A DNA stretch of 55,003 bases. Source: a virus (taxonomy: Duplodnaviria > Caudoviricetes). The position numbers were made by a program, and so were the translations under genes. The DNA lies in IMG/VR virus record IMGVR_UViG_3300042837_000038, positions 1 to 55,003 of that record; one strand, written 5' to 3'. Shown piece by piece: positions 1-7,930 of this stretch. The notes beneath the pieces were generated by a model, which made no database searches, was not told the origin of the DNA, and saw nothing but the letters and a program-made list of their open reading frames with translations. Position 1 is the first letter of the stretch, and every line of letters begins with the position of its first letter.

Positions 1-81
1 AGGTAGGTACAGGTACCTGTTACATAGGTACCTAGGTATCCCTTGTTACTTGCGGGTAGGGGGGGTGACTAGGTGGGTGAC
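1..81. repeat. Left copy of perfect 81-bp inverted repeat (may extend beyond window start)
   Basis: 1-81 is the exact reverse complement of 6257-6337; rich in GGTACC and CCTAGG palindromes. Confidence 0.97.
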
Positions 82-201
82 ATACCCCCCGGGGGTATAC
101 CCGCTACCTGGTGCCCTGGTACCCATCCACTGTACCCCAACGATGGAGTGGGTACTAGCCGAACGGGTAGTGTAGACTGACGGTATGGGGGATGGCCCCC
201 G

Positions 202-256
202 GTGATCTTCATTTCCCCTGGTCAGAGACTTGTGATCTCCATTTCCCCTGGTCAGA
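202..256. repeat. Two 25-bp direct repeats GTGATCTYCATTTCCCCTGGTCAGA, putative operators
   Basis: 202-226 and 232-256, one mismatch, 30-bp period, just upstream of a TAGACT -10 box. Confidence 0.85.
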
Positions 257-263
257 CGGAGTG

Positions 264-269
264 TAGACT
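264..269 (+). promoter_or_regulatory. Putative -10 box (TAGACT) of early operon
   Basis: TANNNT upstream of first ORF; a second TAGACT at 173-178. Confidence 0.5.
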
Positions 270-314
270 AGGGAGTGTTCCACCCCCCGCCCCACCGCCC
301 CGAGGGAGATCGCA

Positions 315-695
315 ATGACCATCGAGACGATCAAGGAACTGTTCGCCAGCGACCCGAGCGAGGCCCTGTACCGCGCCGAGGAGAGGTTGAGCCGGAGCGA
401 GTTCATGGCGTTCATCGAGTGGACCACGGCCGAGAGTGAGGCGCCAGACGACATGACCCAGCAGATCCCCACCGACGACCGTCAGCTCGCTGCCATGCTC
501 CGCATGGCCGAACGCGAGGCGTACCGCCACGAAGCAGAGCGAGAGACGTACCGCCAGTTGGAGAACGAGATCCTGGCCTGCGACCCGACGCTCGACCCGA
601 GCAACACGACCGAGTGGGCCAACCACTACCGCGAGGTCGCCGCCCAGATCCGAGACCACCGCGCGAACGGTAACTACACCACGATGCACCGCTAA
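315..695 (+). CDS. Hypothetical acidic early protein
   Basis: 126 aa, GAGGGAG RBS, strong GC3 bias. Confidence 0.85.
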   Translation: MTIETIKELFASDPSEALYRAEERLSRSEFMAFIEWTTAESEAPDDMTQQIPTDDRQLAAMLRMAEREAYRHEAERETYRQLENEILACDPTLDPSNTTEWANHYREVAAQIRDHRANGNYTTMHR

Positions 696-757
696 GCGTC
701 CCCGGTGGTGCCCCGTTACGGCGGGGTGCACGCCGAGGGTACTTAGCCCGCAACCCC

Positions 758-777
758 GTTCATTGAAAACTCCACAG
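758..777 (+). promoter_or_regulatory. rRNA-leader/boxA-like motif GTTCATTGAAAACTCCACAG
   Basis: AT-rich island resembling the actinobacterial rrn leader motif TTTGAGAACTCAACAG; recalled similarity only. Confidence 0.45.
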
Positions 778-958
778 CGACAGGTTTGCGCCACCCACGG
801 AAGCGACCTACCGGCATTGACATGTCTGCTGGTGACTTAGCGTTAGCCTCACGGCTTTGTCTCCGTGTTTCGGTACCAGGCGCACACACACCCTACGTGG
901 GTGCAAGTGACGGCATGGACGTGTGGTTCGTGCCGCGACTCACCCCATGGAGGGGATC

Positions 959-1516
959 ATGGCAACTCGCAAAAAGATCACGTCAATGCAGCGGTTCACC
1001 CACTCGCTGGCACGGATCGCCGCAGCCACCAACGCGCGCACCGGCGGTGCCGGCCTGGTGGCTCTGGTGGCCCTGTATACCTCCTACTGGCACATCTCCG
1101 CTATGGCCCTGGACGCGGGCCAGAGGGTTGACATCGCCTACCTGTCGCCGCTGGCGGTTGACGGGTTGATGCTGGTGGCCGGTGCCTACGCCATGGCACC
1201 GAGGATGACCCATGCGACCAGGATGACCGCCTACTTGTTCTTCGCGCTCGGTTGGGTCGCCTCCCTGGTGGCCAACATCCAGAGCGCCGGTGCTGGTGCC
1301 AGCACGTGGCACCAGAGTGTGGCCGCCTGGCCCGCTATCGCCACCCTAGGCACCGCCCTGGTGCTGCACCTAGGCTCACACAAGCCCGCCCGTAAGGCGG
1401 CTAAGACTCCGGTGCCGGCGCAAACCCACGTGAGCGCGTCGGCACCGGTTCCGACCAACGGCTACCGGCCTCAGATCGCCTACATGCCTAACCGGCTGGT
1501 TGAGGCTGCCCGCTAG
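959..1516 (+). CDS. DUF2637 (SpdA-like) membrane protein
   Basis: SYWHI..MA..AG...AYLSPLAVDGLML and SLVANI...VAAWPAIA motifs, about 4 TM segments; ATG 959 after GGAGGGG. Confidence 0.8.
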   Translation: MATRKKITSMQRFTHSLARIAAATNARTGGAGLVALVALYTSYWHISAMALDAGQRVDIAYLSPLAVDGLMLVAGAYAMAPRMTHATRMTAYLFFALGWVASLVANIQSAGAGASTWHQSVAAWPAIATLGTALVLHLGSHKPARKAAKTPVPAQTHVSASAPVPTNGYRPQIAYMPNRLVEAAR

Positions 1517-1597
1517 CCCGTCATGGTCCCCCTGGTGCCTGCCGGTACCAGGGGGAGCCATGTCTCCCGGTCACGGTGACCGGGGGGAGGGAGAGCA

Positions 1598-1969
1598 ATG
1601 GATCGTGACCTGGTTCAGTCCGTTGACCGGGGTGCACGCTGGTTGGATGAACATCGGCCTGGTTGGGCATCCCTTGTGGATACCGACGCACTGAACATGA
1701 TCAGTGCGACCAGGTGTGTTGCTGGCCAGGTGTTCACAGAGAGGACCAAGGCCAGATATCGGGGACGACAGTTCCTGACCGGCTACCACGCGATGACCAC
1801 TCTTGCAGCCGACTCGGGGATTGCTGGTCGAGTGGATCATGTTCTGGGATTCACTCATCCGGATTTTCGTCTGTATTTCGGGGAGGCTGACTCTCCGGGG
1901 CTGATCGCGCTCCGTGACTTGTGGATTGCACAGGTCAAGATGCGGGTGACCGAGGAGAGCAATGCCTAG
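1598..1969 (+). CDS. Hypothetical protein, paralog of 2652-3041
   Basis: RGARWLDE..PGW...VD...LNM.....CVAGQ; GGAGGGAG RBS. Confidence 0.85.
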   Translation: MDRDLVQSVDRGARWLDEHRPGWASLVDTDALNMISATRCVAGQVFTERTKARYRGRQFLTGYHAMTTLAADSGIAGRVDHVLGFTHPDFRLYFGEADSPGLIALRDLWIAQVKMRVTEESNA

Positions 1970-2117
1970 GCTCACAACGTTAGCGATTTTGATCATCACG
2001 CTGGCCACGATAGTTGCCATGGTCGTGGTGAATCAGCAACGGATCTGTCACAGCGCCACTGAAGACAGTCCCATTGTGGACTGTGACTTCCACAATGGAG
2101 GGTGGTACCCGAGATGA
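1962..2117 (+). CDS. Small membrane-anchored protein (51 aa)
   Basis: Manual translation MPRLTTLAILIITLATIVAMVVVNQQ...; stop overlaps next ATG. Confidence 0.6.
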   Translation: MPRLTTLAILIITLATIVAMVVVNQQRICHSATEDSPIVDCDFHNGGWYPR

Positions 2118-2314
2118 CCTTGGGACAATTGATCTCTCAGCTAGCGACCACGATCGGTGATCCACGGATCTACATGAGTGACTACCGGGTGACCGGCGTC
2201 ACCTATGGTGACGAAATTGATCACGTCACCATCGACCACGAGAGCCGAACGGTCCACCTGGAAAGTGAAACCCACTACCACCTGGTCCATGGTGGTCAAT
2301 GTCCTGAGTTCTGA
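2114..2314 (+). CDS. Hypothetical protein
   Basis: MTLGQLISQL...; ATGA overlap with upstream gene. Confidence 0.7.
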   Translation: MTLGQLISQLATTIGDPRIYMSDYRVTGVTYGDEIDHVTIDHESRTVHLESETHYHLVHGGQCPEF

Positions 2315-2327
2315 TCTGGAGATCTGA

Positions 2328-2567
2328 ATGCCTTACGTAACAACGGTTTCGACGCCTGCACTGGATCCAGAAGACACTGAGTACCTGGTCAGCCAATTGG
2401 AAGAGGCGGCATACGCGGCCCAAAGGGTGACTGAGGAAATTGACAGGATGCTGGAACTAACTCTCCCCCACGAAACAGCCGTTGCGCTGCAACGGATCCG
2501 TGAAGAGGCAGAGCAGCAACGCGTCACCCTGCAAGGCATGTATCAATGGGAGGCACCTGCGTCCTGA
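2328..2567 (+). CDS. Hypothetical helical protein
   Basis: 79 aa, GGAG RBS. Confidence 0.75.
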   Translation: MPYVTTVSTPALDPEDTEYLVSQLEEAAYAAQRVTEEIDRMLELTLPHETAVALQRIREEAEQQRVTLQGMYQWEAPAS

Positions 2568-2651
2568 TCCACGGTTGCCCTGGTCCCCTTACGTACCAGG
2601 GTTTCCGTGGCTACCGGTACCAGAAACCGGTGGAAGGAAAGGGGATCCACA

Positions 2652-3041
2652 GTGGACAGTGTAGAGGTACGGGTCAAGCGTGGTACCCGGATCATGGACG
2701 AGACAGTTCAGGGCTGGTACCAAAACGTCGACCTGAGCACGCTCAACATGACTAACGGTGACTTATGTGTTGCCGGTCAAGCGGTTCCGCTGGGAGGCGG
2801 TAACGAGGTCGCCCGTAGGTATGAGAACGAAAGTGGCTACTGGGCCATGAAGATCTACCTCGAAAAGCGGGTTGAAATGGGGACCCTCCCCCCGGAGGCT
2901 AGTGTCGTCTGGGCGGGCTTCTCTCCCATCTTCTCTCGCGCAACCCTCCGGGGAACAGACGCGGACGACCTAGCCGAGGCATGGACCGCAGAGATCCTAG
3001 AGCGCCGTCACCGTGACGCGGCCAGCATTCTGGAGGCGTGA
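2652..3041 (+). CDS. Hypothetical protein, paralog of 1598-1969
   Basis: RGTRIMDE..QGW...VD...LNM.....CVAGQ; GTG start after AAAGGGG. Confidence 0.8.
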   Translation: MDSVEVRVKRGTRIMDETVQGWYQNVDLSTLNMTNGDLCVAGQAVPLGGGNEVARRYENESGYWAMKIYLEKRVEMGTLPPEASVVWAGFSPIFSRATLRGTDADDLAEAWTAEILERRHRDAASILEA

Positions 3042-3230
3042 GTGGACTTGTTGATAGCACTCGCGGATGAGTTCCGATCCTTCGAATCGGCACCTGGCCG
3101 GACAGGCATGATCCTGCGGTTCGGCACGTTCGTGCTGGCCGTGAGTGGCGCTGGTGTCGCCACTGGATTCACGTATGCCGACGAAGCCACAGCCGGCGCT
3201 GTGTATGCCGTTGCCGCCGATCGTCCCTGA
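3042..3230 (+). CDS. Small membrane protein
   Basis: 62 aa with hydrophobic segment; GGAGG upstream. Confidence 0.55.
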   Translation: MDLLIALADEFRSFESAPGRTGMILRFGTFVLAVSGAGVATGFTYADEATAGAVYAVAADRP

Positions 3231-3320
3231 CCCATGGTCCTGTTGGTTCCATTGTGGACCCAACAGGAGCCATGGCCAACCGTCCACATGGGACGGTTGG
3301 GTAAAGGGAAGGAAGGGCCT

Positions 3321-4343
3321 ATGCCCGTCCAACTGAACGATCCGGTAAGTGATCCGGAATACGGGGGTGAGCGCTGCCCCTGTGAGGCCTGTAGGGGTGC
3401 GCGGGAGCGGCTGCAACGGTCACAGCGGGCGGAAGCGTTCTCATGGTCACAGCAGGCGACGGAGGAGCCCTGCGAGGACTGCGGCTGCTGGGACTGTGCA
3501 TGCGATGAGTGCGGGGACTGCGGCGATCAGCCGTGCACCTGTAACGAATCCACCGACACACCCACCCTGTTCCAGCGCCCCGACGTCCGCAGCGACGATG
3601 ACCTGTTTTCGTACGGGTACCGGCCACGTCCCATCTTCAACGGCACCGGGCCTGTATTCCTAGGCATGGAACTGGAAATCGAAACCAGGGACATGTACCG
3701 GTCGCTGCGGGTAGCCAACCGCGCCATGGGACCGCTCGGTTACATGAAGGAAGATTCCTCCATCAACCAGGGCTTCGAAATCGTTACGCACCCCATGGAC
3801 TACGAATACGCCATGGCGGCCTTCCCTTGGGAGATGCTGTCCGACCTGCGTGACTCTGGTGCGTACGTCATGCAGCGCAACAACGGGCTGCACGTACACG
3901 TGTCACGCAAAGGGTTTGCCGACCCGTGCCACATGTACCGGTGGATGAAGTTCTTCTACCGCAACCAGGATCAGGTCATCCGACTGGCCCGTCGAAACAG
4001 CACGTGGGGTGCGTTCCATCCCGACGCGCGTAAGGCGGTAGCCAAGCTGGTCAAGGATCCGTGGCGTGACCACGCCAAGCAACTGGACCGCTACCAGGCA
4101 ATCAACACCCAACCGAAAGACACGTTCGAGGTGCGGGTGTTCGCTTCATCCCTTGACCCTGAAGAGGTTCAGGGGAGCCTGGCGCTCACGGCGTCCACTG
4201 TGGAATTCACACGGGACCAGAAAGCGAATGACATCATCGCCCGTGGTGGGTGGAGATGGGACACGTACCGGAATTGGCTAACAGACCAGGGTGACAAGTA
4301 CGCCCCGGTCATCAACCAAGTGGAGAAGCTATGTGCCTCTTGA
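3321..4343 (+). CDS. Putative amidoligase (glutamine synthetase-like COOH-NH2 ligase) with Cys-rich N-terminus
   Basis: GMELEIE, KEDSSI..GFEIVTHP, GLHVHVS, RYQAIN, TFEVRVF motifs. Confidence 0.85.
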   Translation: MPVQLNDPVSDPEYGGERCPCEACRGARERLQRSQRAEAFSWSQQATEEPCEDCGCWDCACDECGDCGDQPCTCNESTDTPTLFQRPDVRSDDDLFSYGYRPRPIFNGTGPVFLGMELEIETRDMYRSLRVANRAMGPLGYMKEDSSINQGFEIVTHPMDYEYAMAAFPWEMLSDLRDSGAYVMQRNNGLHVHVSRKGFADPCHMYRWMKFFYRNQDQVIRLARRNSTWGAFHPDARKAVAKLVKDPWRDHAKQLDRYQAINTQPKDTFEVRVFASSLDPEEVQGSLALTASTVEFTRDQKANDIIARGGWRWDTYRNWLTDQGDKYAPVINQVEKLCAS

Positions 4344-5218
4344 CCTTCTTCAAGCCCGGTGCCTATCCCGACGTAGCGGCTCTGTATAACGGATCCGTCT
4401 TCAATGACGACGGTCATGGTTGGGCCATTGTGGACAGTGACCGGATCATCCAGGGTCGGTCCATGGACGCCAACCGGGCCATCGACGAATTCTGCGATGC
4501 CAGGATCCTGCACCCCGGCGGACCGGCCCTGTTCCACAGCCGGTTCGGCACCCATGGTCTGACCACCCTCAACAACGTCCACCCGTTCTGTGTGGATGGT
4601 GACGGCCGTACGGTGCTGGCACACAACGGGGTCCTTCCCGCCACGTGTCAGCCCCGCAAGGGTGACCCCCGATCCGACACCAAGATCCTCGCCGACACGT
4701 TGGCGAGCCGGTTCGGCTCCATGAGACACCGACGCAACCGTCTCAAAGTGGAACGATGGCTCACCCCGGCCAACAAGGTCGTCATCCTGACCGTCAACCG
4801 GCGGTTCAGGGATGACGCGTACATCCTCAACGAGGATGCGGGGACGTGGACCAAGGATGGCGTCTGGTACTCAAACAATGGCTATAAGCCGTATGTGACC
4901 AGGTACCGCCACGTCGGCAACCAGTGGGTAGGCGCCGACGCGGACTGGGCAGGGTGGTCGCCGCAGGTCGGCACCAGCGTGTCTGTGTCTGCCGATCTGT
5001 GTAACGACTGTGGTCAGGACTTGGACGGGTGTACCTGCGCCGAGCCCACCTGGTCATCGAAACTGGTGTGCCGCATGTGCAGCGCACCAGCCGGAGAATC
5101 GGACCTGGTCGAAGGCTACTGCGCCATGTGTGGCCTGTGTTTCGACTGTGATGAGATGCCACCTGCCTGCCTGTGTTACATGCCGGCAGCCATGGCGGAG
5201 AAGAAGAAGATCGGTTAG
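4331..5218 (+). CDS. Class II (Ntn) glutamine amidotransferase with C-terminal zinc ribbons
   Basis: Cys2 nucleophile (MCLL), NDDGHGW, HSRFGTHG, NVHPF, AHNG, SDT; multiple CxxC at C-terminus. Confidence 0.9.
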   Translation: MCLLTFFKPGAYPDVAALYNGSVFNDDGHGWAIVDSDRIIQGRSMDANRAIDEFCDARILHPGGPALFHSRFGTHGLTTLNNVHPFCVDGDGRTVLAHNGVLPATCQPRKGDPRSDTKILADTLASRFGSMRHRRNRLKVERWLTPANKVVILTVNRRFRDDAYILNEDAGTWTKDGVWYSNNGYKPYVTRYRHVGNQWVGADADWAGWSPQVGTSVSVSADLCNDCGQDLDGCTCAEPTWSSKLVCRMCSAPAGESDLVEGYCAMCGLCFDCDEMPPACLCYMPAAMAEKKKIG

Positions 5219-5300
5219 TGACCTAGGCGTCACGGCGTCCACCTGGTGGGCACCGTGGCGCCGAACCGGTAACCGATTACCGGAGATTGGGGCCTCAACC

Positions 5301-5573
5301 ATGAGGCGCACACACAAGGCCATCCTGACCGCTGGCGTGATCCTAGGAGCCCTAACGTTGACCGGGTGTGTACCGGGCAACGAAAGGGACCTGGAAGGCG
5401 TCACGGGCAAGGATCCGGACCGGGCAGAGCTCTACATCAACGTGGATGGGCACCCCAACGTGGTGCGGCTGTGTATCGGGGGTGCGGGTTTCGCCACGAC
5501 CAGTCGTGAGAACGGGCAGAATTTCCTGCGGGTTCCGGAGTGGGATCCGTGGTGCGGTTCGGCGGCAAAGTAG
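5301..5573 (+). CDS. Lipoprotein
   Basis: MRRTHKAILTAGVILGALTLTG-C signal peptide with lipobox. Confidence 0.8.
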   Translation: MRRTHKAILTAGVILGALTLTGCVPGNERDLEGVTGKDPDRAELYINVDGHPNVVRLCIGGAGFATTSRENGQNFLRVPEWDPWCGSAAK

Positions 5574-5606
5574 ACCACCTATCCGTCGCGCTCCCGGGTA
5601 CGCAGG

Positions 5607-5768
5607 GTGCTCAACCGGGCGGTAGCCGAATGGAACGCCGGGCGGCCTTACGGGGCCTGGCAGGTGCTGGCCGATGCCGGCATGAGTGACCAGTGGGTGA
5701 CGTTCCAGCGGGAGGCCTTCACCAGTGCCCGTCGGACGTTCACCCTCCGTATGTCTCAGTACACATAG
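5607..5768 (+). CDS. Small hypothetical protein, start uncertain
   Basis: GC3-biased frame VLNRAVAEWNAGRPYGAWQVL...; open from 5574, in frame after the lipoprotein TAG. Confidence 0.5.
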   Translation: MLNRAVAEWNAGRPYGAWQVLADAGMSDQWVTFQREAFTSARRTFTLRMSQYT

Positions 5769-5771
5769 GAC

Positions 5772-5814
5772 ACACACCCTGGATCCGTTGCCCCGTAACG
5801 GATCCAGGGTGTGT
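5772..5814. other. Perfect 18-bp hairpin
   Basis: ACACACCCTGGATCCGTT, 7-nt loop, AACGGATCCAGGGTGTGT. Confidence 0.85.
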
Positions 5815-5840
5815 CTGTTCCGGATCCCTTGGGGGGAGCC

Positions 5841-6176
5841 ATGTTCCAAACCATTGCAGACATCAAAGATGCCAACGCCAAAGTGGACGGTGTGTGGTTC
5901 AGCGCCGGTACCATGCGCTGGTTCCGTAGCCGGGTATCATCGCGGATCTACCCGCTCCCCGATGGGGGAGCCCTGTTCATCTCATCCGAGCAGGTCAACA
6001 GCACCCCCCGTAAGTACACCATCCGTCGTGCCCGGCCAGGTGGAACAATCGACACCGTGGGAGCCTTCCAGGCGCACCGTACGCTGGCACGGGCTCACCA
6101 CCATGCCCGCCAGTTCTGCACCCACCTGCACTATGCTGCCGCCCGTGCGGCGCGCACCTGTGGCACGGTGACGTGA
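5841..6176 (+). CDS. Conserved-looking phage hypothetical protein
   Basis: TIADIK.AN...G.WFS..TMRWFRSRV...FISSE pattern; GGGGGAG RBS. Confidence 0.8.
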   Translation: MFQTIADIKDANAKVDGVWFSAGTMRWFRSRVSSRIYPLPDGGALFISSEQVNSTPRKYTIRRARPGGTIDTVGAFQAHRTLARAHHHARQFCTHLHYAAARAARTCGTVT

Positions 6177-6292
6177 TGGGACCTGATCCGGTCACGGTGG
6201 GAGTGCTGGCCCTGGTGGCGCTGTGGATATGGGGTCACCTGTGTGTGGTGCCTCTGGTCACCCACCTAGTCACCCCCCCTACCCGCAAGTAA
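6176..6292 (+). CDS. Small membrane peptide (38 aa) whose 3' end lies inside the inverted repeat
   Basis: MGPDPVTVGVLALVALWIWGHLCVVPLVTHLVTPPTRK; TGATG overlap. Confidence 0.55.
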   Translation: MGPDPVTVGVLALVALWIWGHLCVVPLVTHLVTPPTRK

Positions 6293-6337
6293 CAAGGGAT
6301 ACCTAGGTACCTATGTAACAGGTACCTGTACCTACCT
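6257..6337. repeat. Right copy of perfect 81-bp inverted repeat
   Basis: Exact reverse complement of 1-81. Confidence 0.97.
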
Positions 6338-6724
6338 AGTACCTTCGGGTACCTAGGTATCCCCCTTTCAGCTGATACCTAGGTAACCCCCCTGTGTCTA
6401 TTCCCTACTCAACTGGTAGGGATAGTAGGCCACCAGGATGGGGGGGTTGGATCATGAGGACCTGTTGTTACAGGACATGACAGGTCCAAGATCCAAAAGG
6501 GAGCAGGCAACCCCGAAACCGTTAGAGGATCATGGTGAGGGGGTGGATAGCAGGACCCCTAACCGGACCCACTGTACCCCTGTAGCTAGCTTCTTCGATG
6601 GAATGGTACTGGGTCTGACCTGGGGTTTCTTTGTGGTGTCTCCCAACTAAGTCATGATACCAGCCATATACCTGTGCATGTTAATATGCATCTTTGTCTA
6701 TGGGAGTGGATAGATATGCATCTC

Positions 6725-6770
6725 TGTAACAGTAACTGAATCTGTTACATCTGTTACAGGATCTGTTACA
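6725..6770. repeat. ATCTGTTACA iterons (3 direct) plus one inverted TGTAACAG
   Basis: 6740-6749, 6749-6758, 6761-6770; inverted 6725-6732; CTGTTACA also within the 81-bp repeat. Confidence 0.8.
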
Positions 6771-6786
6771 CAAGTATCATGAGAGG

Positions 6787-7119
6787 ATGCTGGAACTGGG
6801 AGCGGCGGCACAGATCGACGACACGTCCCTGTCGCAAGACGCCCCATACATGCGCGCACTCCTCGCCGCCCGGCTCGAAATGGTATGGCAGGTGTGTCAG
6901 CCCCACATCGACGGCACCCGGGAAAAGGACGGCTGGAACCCCGACCCCCGGTTCGTCCTCGCCGGGCTGCGGGCACTCCAGGCCATCGGGAAGCTGTACC
7001 GGCTCGACGAACCCGCCAAACAGGCACCCAAGCAGGTAGCCGGGACCGGGCCGGACACCCGGGCCCTGGTCGCCGGCTACCTGGAACGAGTCGAGGAACG
7101 GGAAAAGGAACGGTTCTAG
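6787..7119 (+). CDS. Helical protein, candidate terminase small subunit
   Basis: GKLYRLDEP resembles the KLLGLDAP motif of actinophage TerS-like proteins; adjacent iterons; no TerS next to TerL. Confidence 0.5.
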   Translation: MLELGAAAQIDDTSLSQDAPYMRALLAARLEMVWQVCQPHIDGTREKDGWNPDPRFVLAGLRALQAIGKLYRLDEPAKQAPKQVAGTGPDTRALVAGYLERVEEREKERF

Positions 7120-7177
7120 TCCGAGGAGCAAAGCGACGAGGGCTTGGCCTGGATTTGGCCTGGATCCAACCCCGGAC

Positions 7178-7435
7178 CTACCGTTGGGCGGACACCAGCA
7201 GCAGCACCCGGTCCTCGCGGGCCACCGTCTTGGTCCGCACCTTCACCCCGGCCCGGGTGGCGGCCTGGTTCACCCACCGCCGGATCGTGTTGATGGTGGG
7301 GGTGGGGCTCACATCAGCGAAGTCGGTGCCGGGATCCAACGCGCGGGTCTGCCCGTCGAGCCACTCATCCCACGGGTACCGCTCCGCCACACCCGTCGCC
7401 TGCCAGTTAACTGGTTCTGTATAAATTTCAGCCAT
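7178..7435 (-). CDS. Small putative DNA-binding protein (YPWxEWxDG), paralog of 7428-7745
   Basis: RYPWDEWLDGQTRALDPGTDF. Confidence 0.8.
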   Translation of the reverse strand: MAEIYTEPVNWQATGVAERYPWDEWLDGQTRALDPGTDFADVSPTPTINTIRRWVNQAATRAGVKVRTKTVAREDRVLLLVSAQR

Positions 7436-7745
7436 CCGTGGATCTTACATCAATCGGGTCAGGTGGCTCACCGTTGTAGCCACACACCTGGAGCCATACT
7501 GTTCCACCTCCATACTTGGAGGTGGTGCGCAGGAAGTATCCAGTCTCCGGTTGGAGCCGGTAAATCCTTGCCTGTGTGTGCGCCATCCGTTGGAACCGGG
7601 CCTTGTCGCAGTGGAAGTCGACGCCCTGTTCCAGCTCCCAGACGCGTCCATCAAACCACTCATACCACGGGTAGCCTGCCGATTCCTTGACGTGGCGCCA
7701 GGAACTCCAGCCCTTGCTGGGAGGGTCGTTCGAAACCTTAGCCAT
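7428..7745 (-). CDS. Small putative DNA-binding protein (YPWxEWxDG), paralog of 7178-7435
   Basis: GYPWYEWFDGRVWELEQGVDF; TAGCAT 6 nt upstream of ATG. Confidence 0.8.
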   Translation of the reverse strand: MAKVSNDPPSKGWSSWRHVKESAGYPWYEWFDGRVWELEQGVDFHCDKARFQRMAHTQARIYRLQPETGYFLRTTSKYGGGTVWLQVCGYNGEPPDPIDVRSTDG

Positions 7746-7789
7746 GTTCTGATGCTAGCACAAGGCTAGTGAAACCACCTTTGATGATT

Positions 7790-7930
7790 GGTTACCGGGT
7801 TATGGGTTGTGAGCTACTGGAATAGGGACGTTCTGTTCCGCAAGGGCTAGGTTTGGGTAAGGAATATTGAATCTAGATTACGTCCCGTTGTTGCTGGTAG
7901 GAGCTTCTTTCTAATCCTTAGTTTCTAACC
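7790..7930 (+). ncRNA. Candidate structured non-coding RNA
   Basis: ORF-poor AT-rich region; nested pairings GGTTA/TAACC, GGGACGT/ACGTCCC, CC-GCAA-GG tetraloop, G-U-rich CTAGGTTT/GAATCTAG stem. Confidence 0.35.

Noticed and set aside
1-200. GGT-rich stretch as a GGY-NN guide array or CRISPR for the RAMP protein
   Set aside because: GGT spacing is irregular and explained by GGTACC/CCTAGG palindromes; no repeat-spacer structure
202-256. 25-bp repeats as a mini CRISPR array
   Set aside because: Only two copies with a 5-nt gap, too short for a spacer
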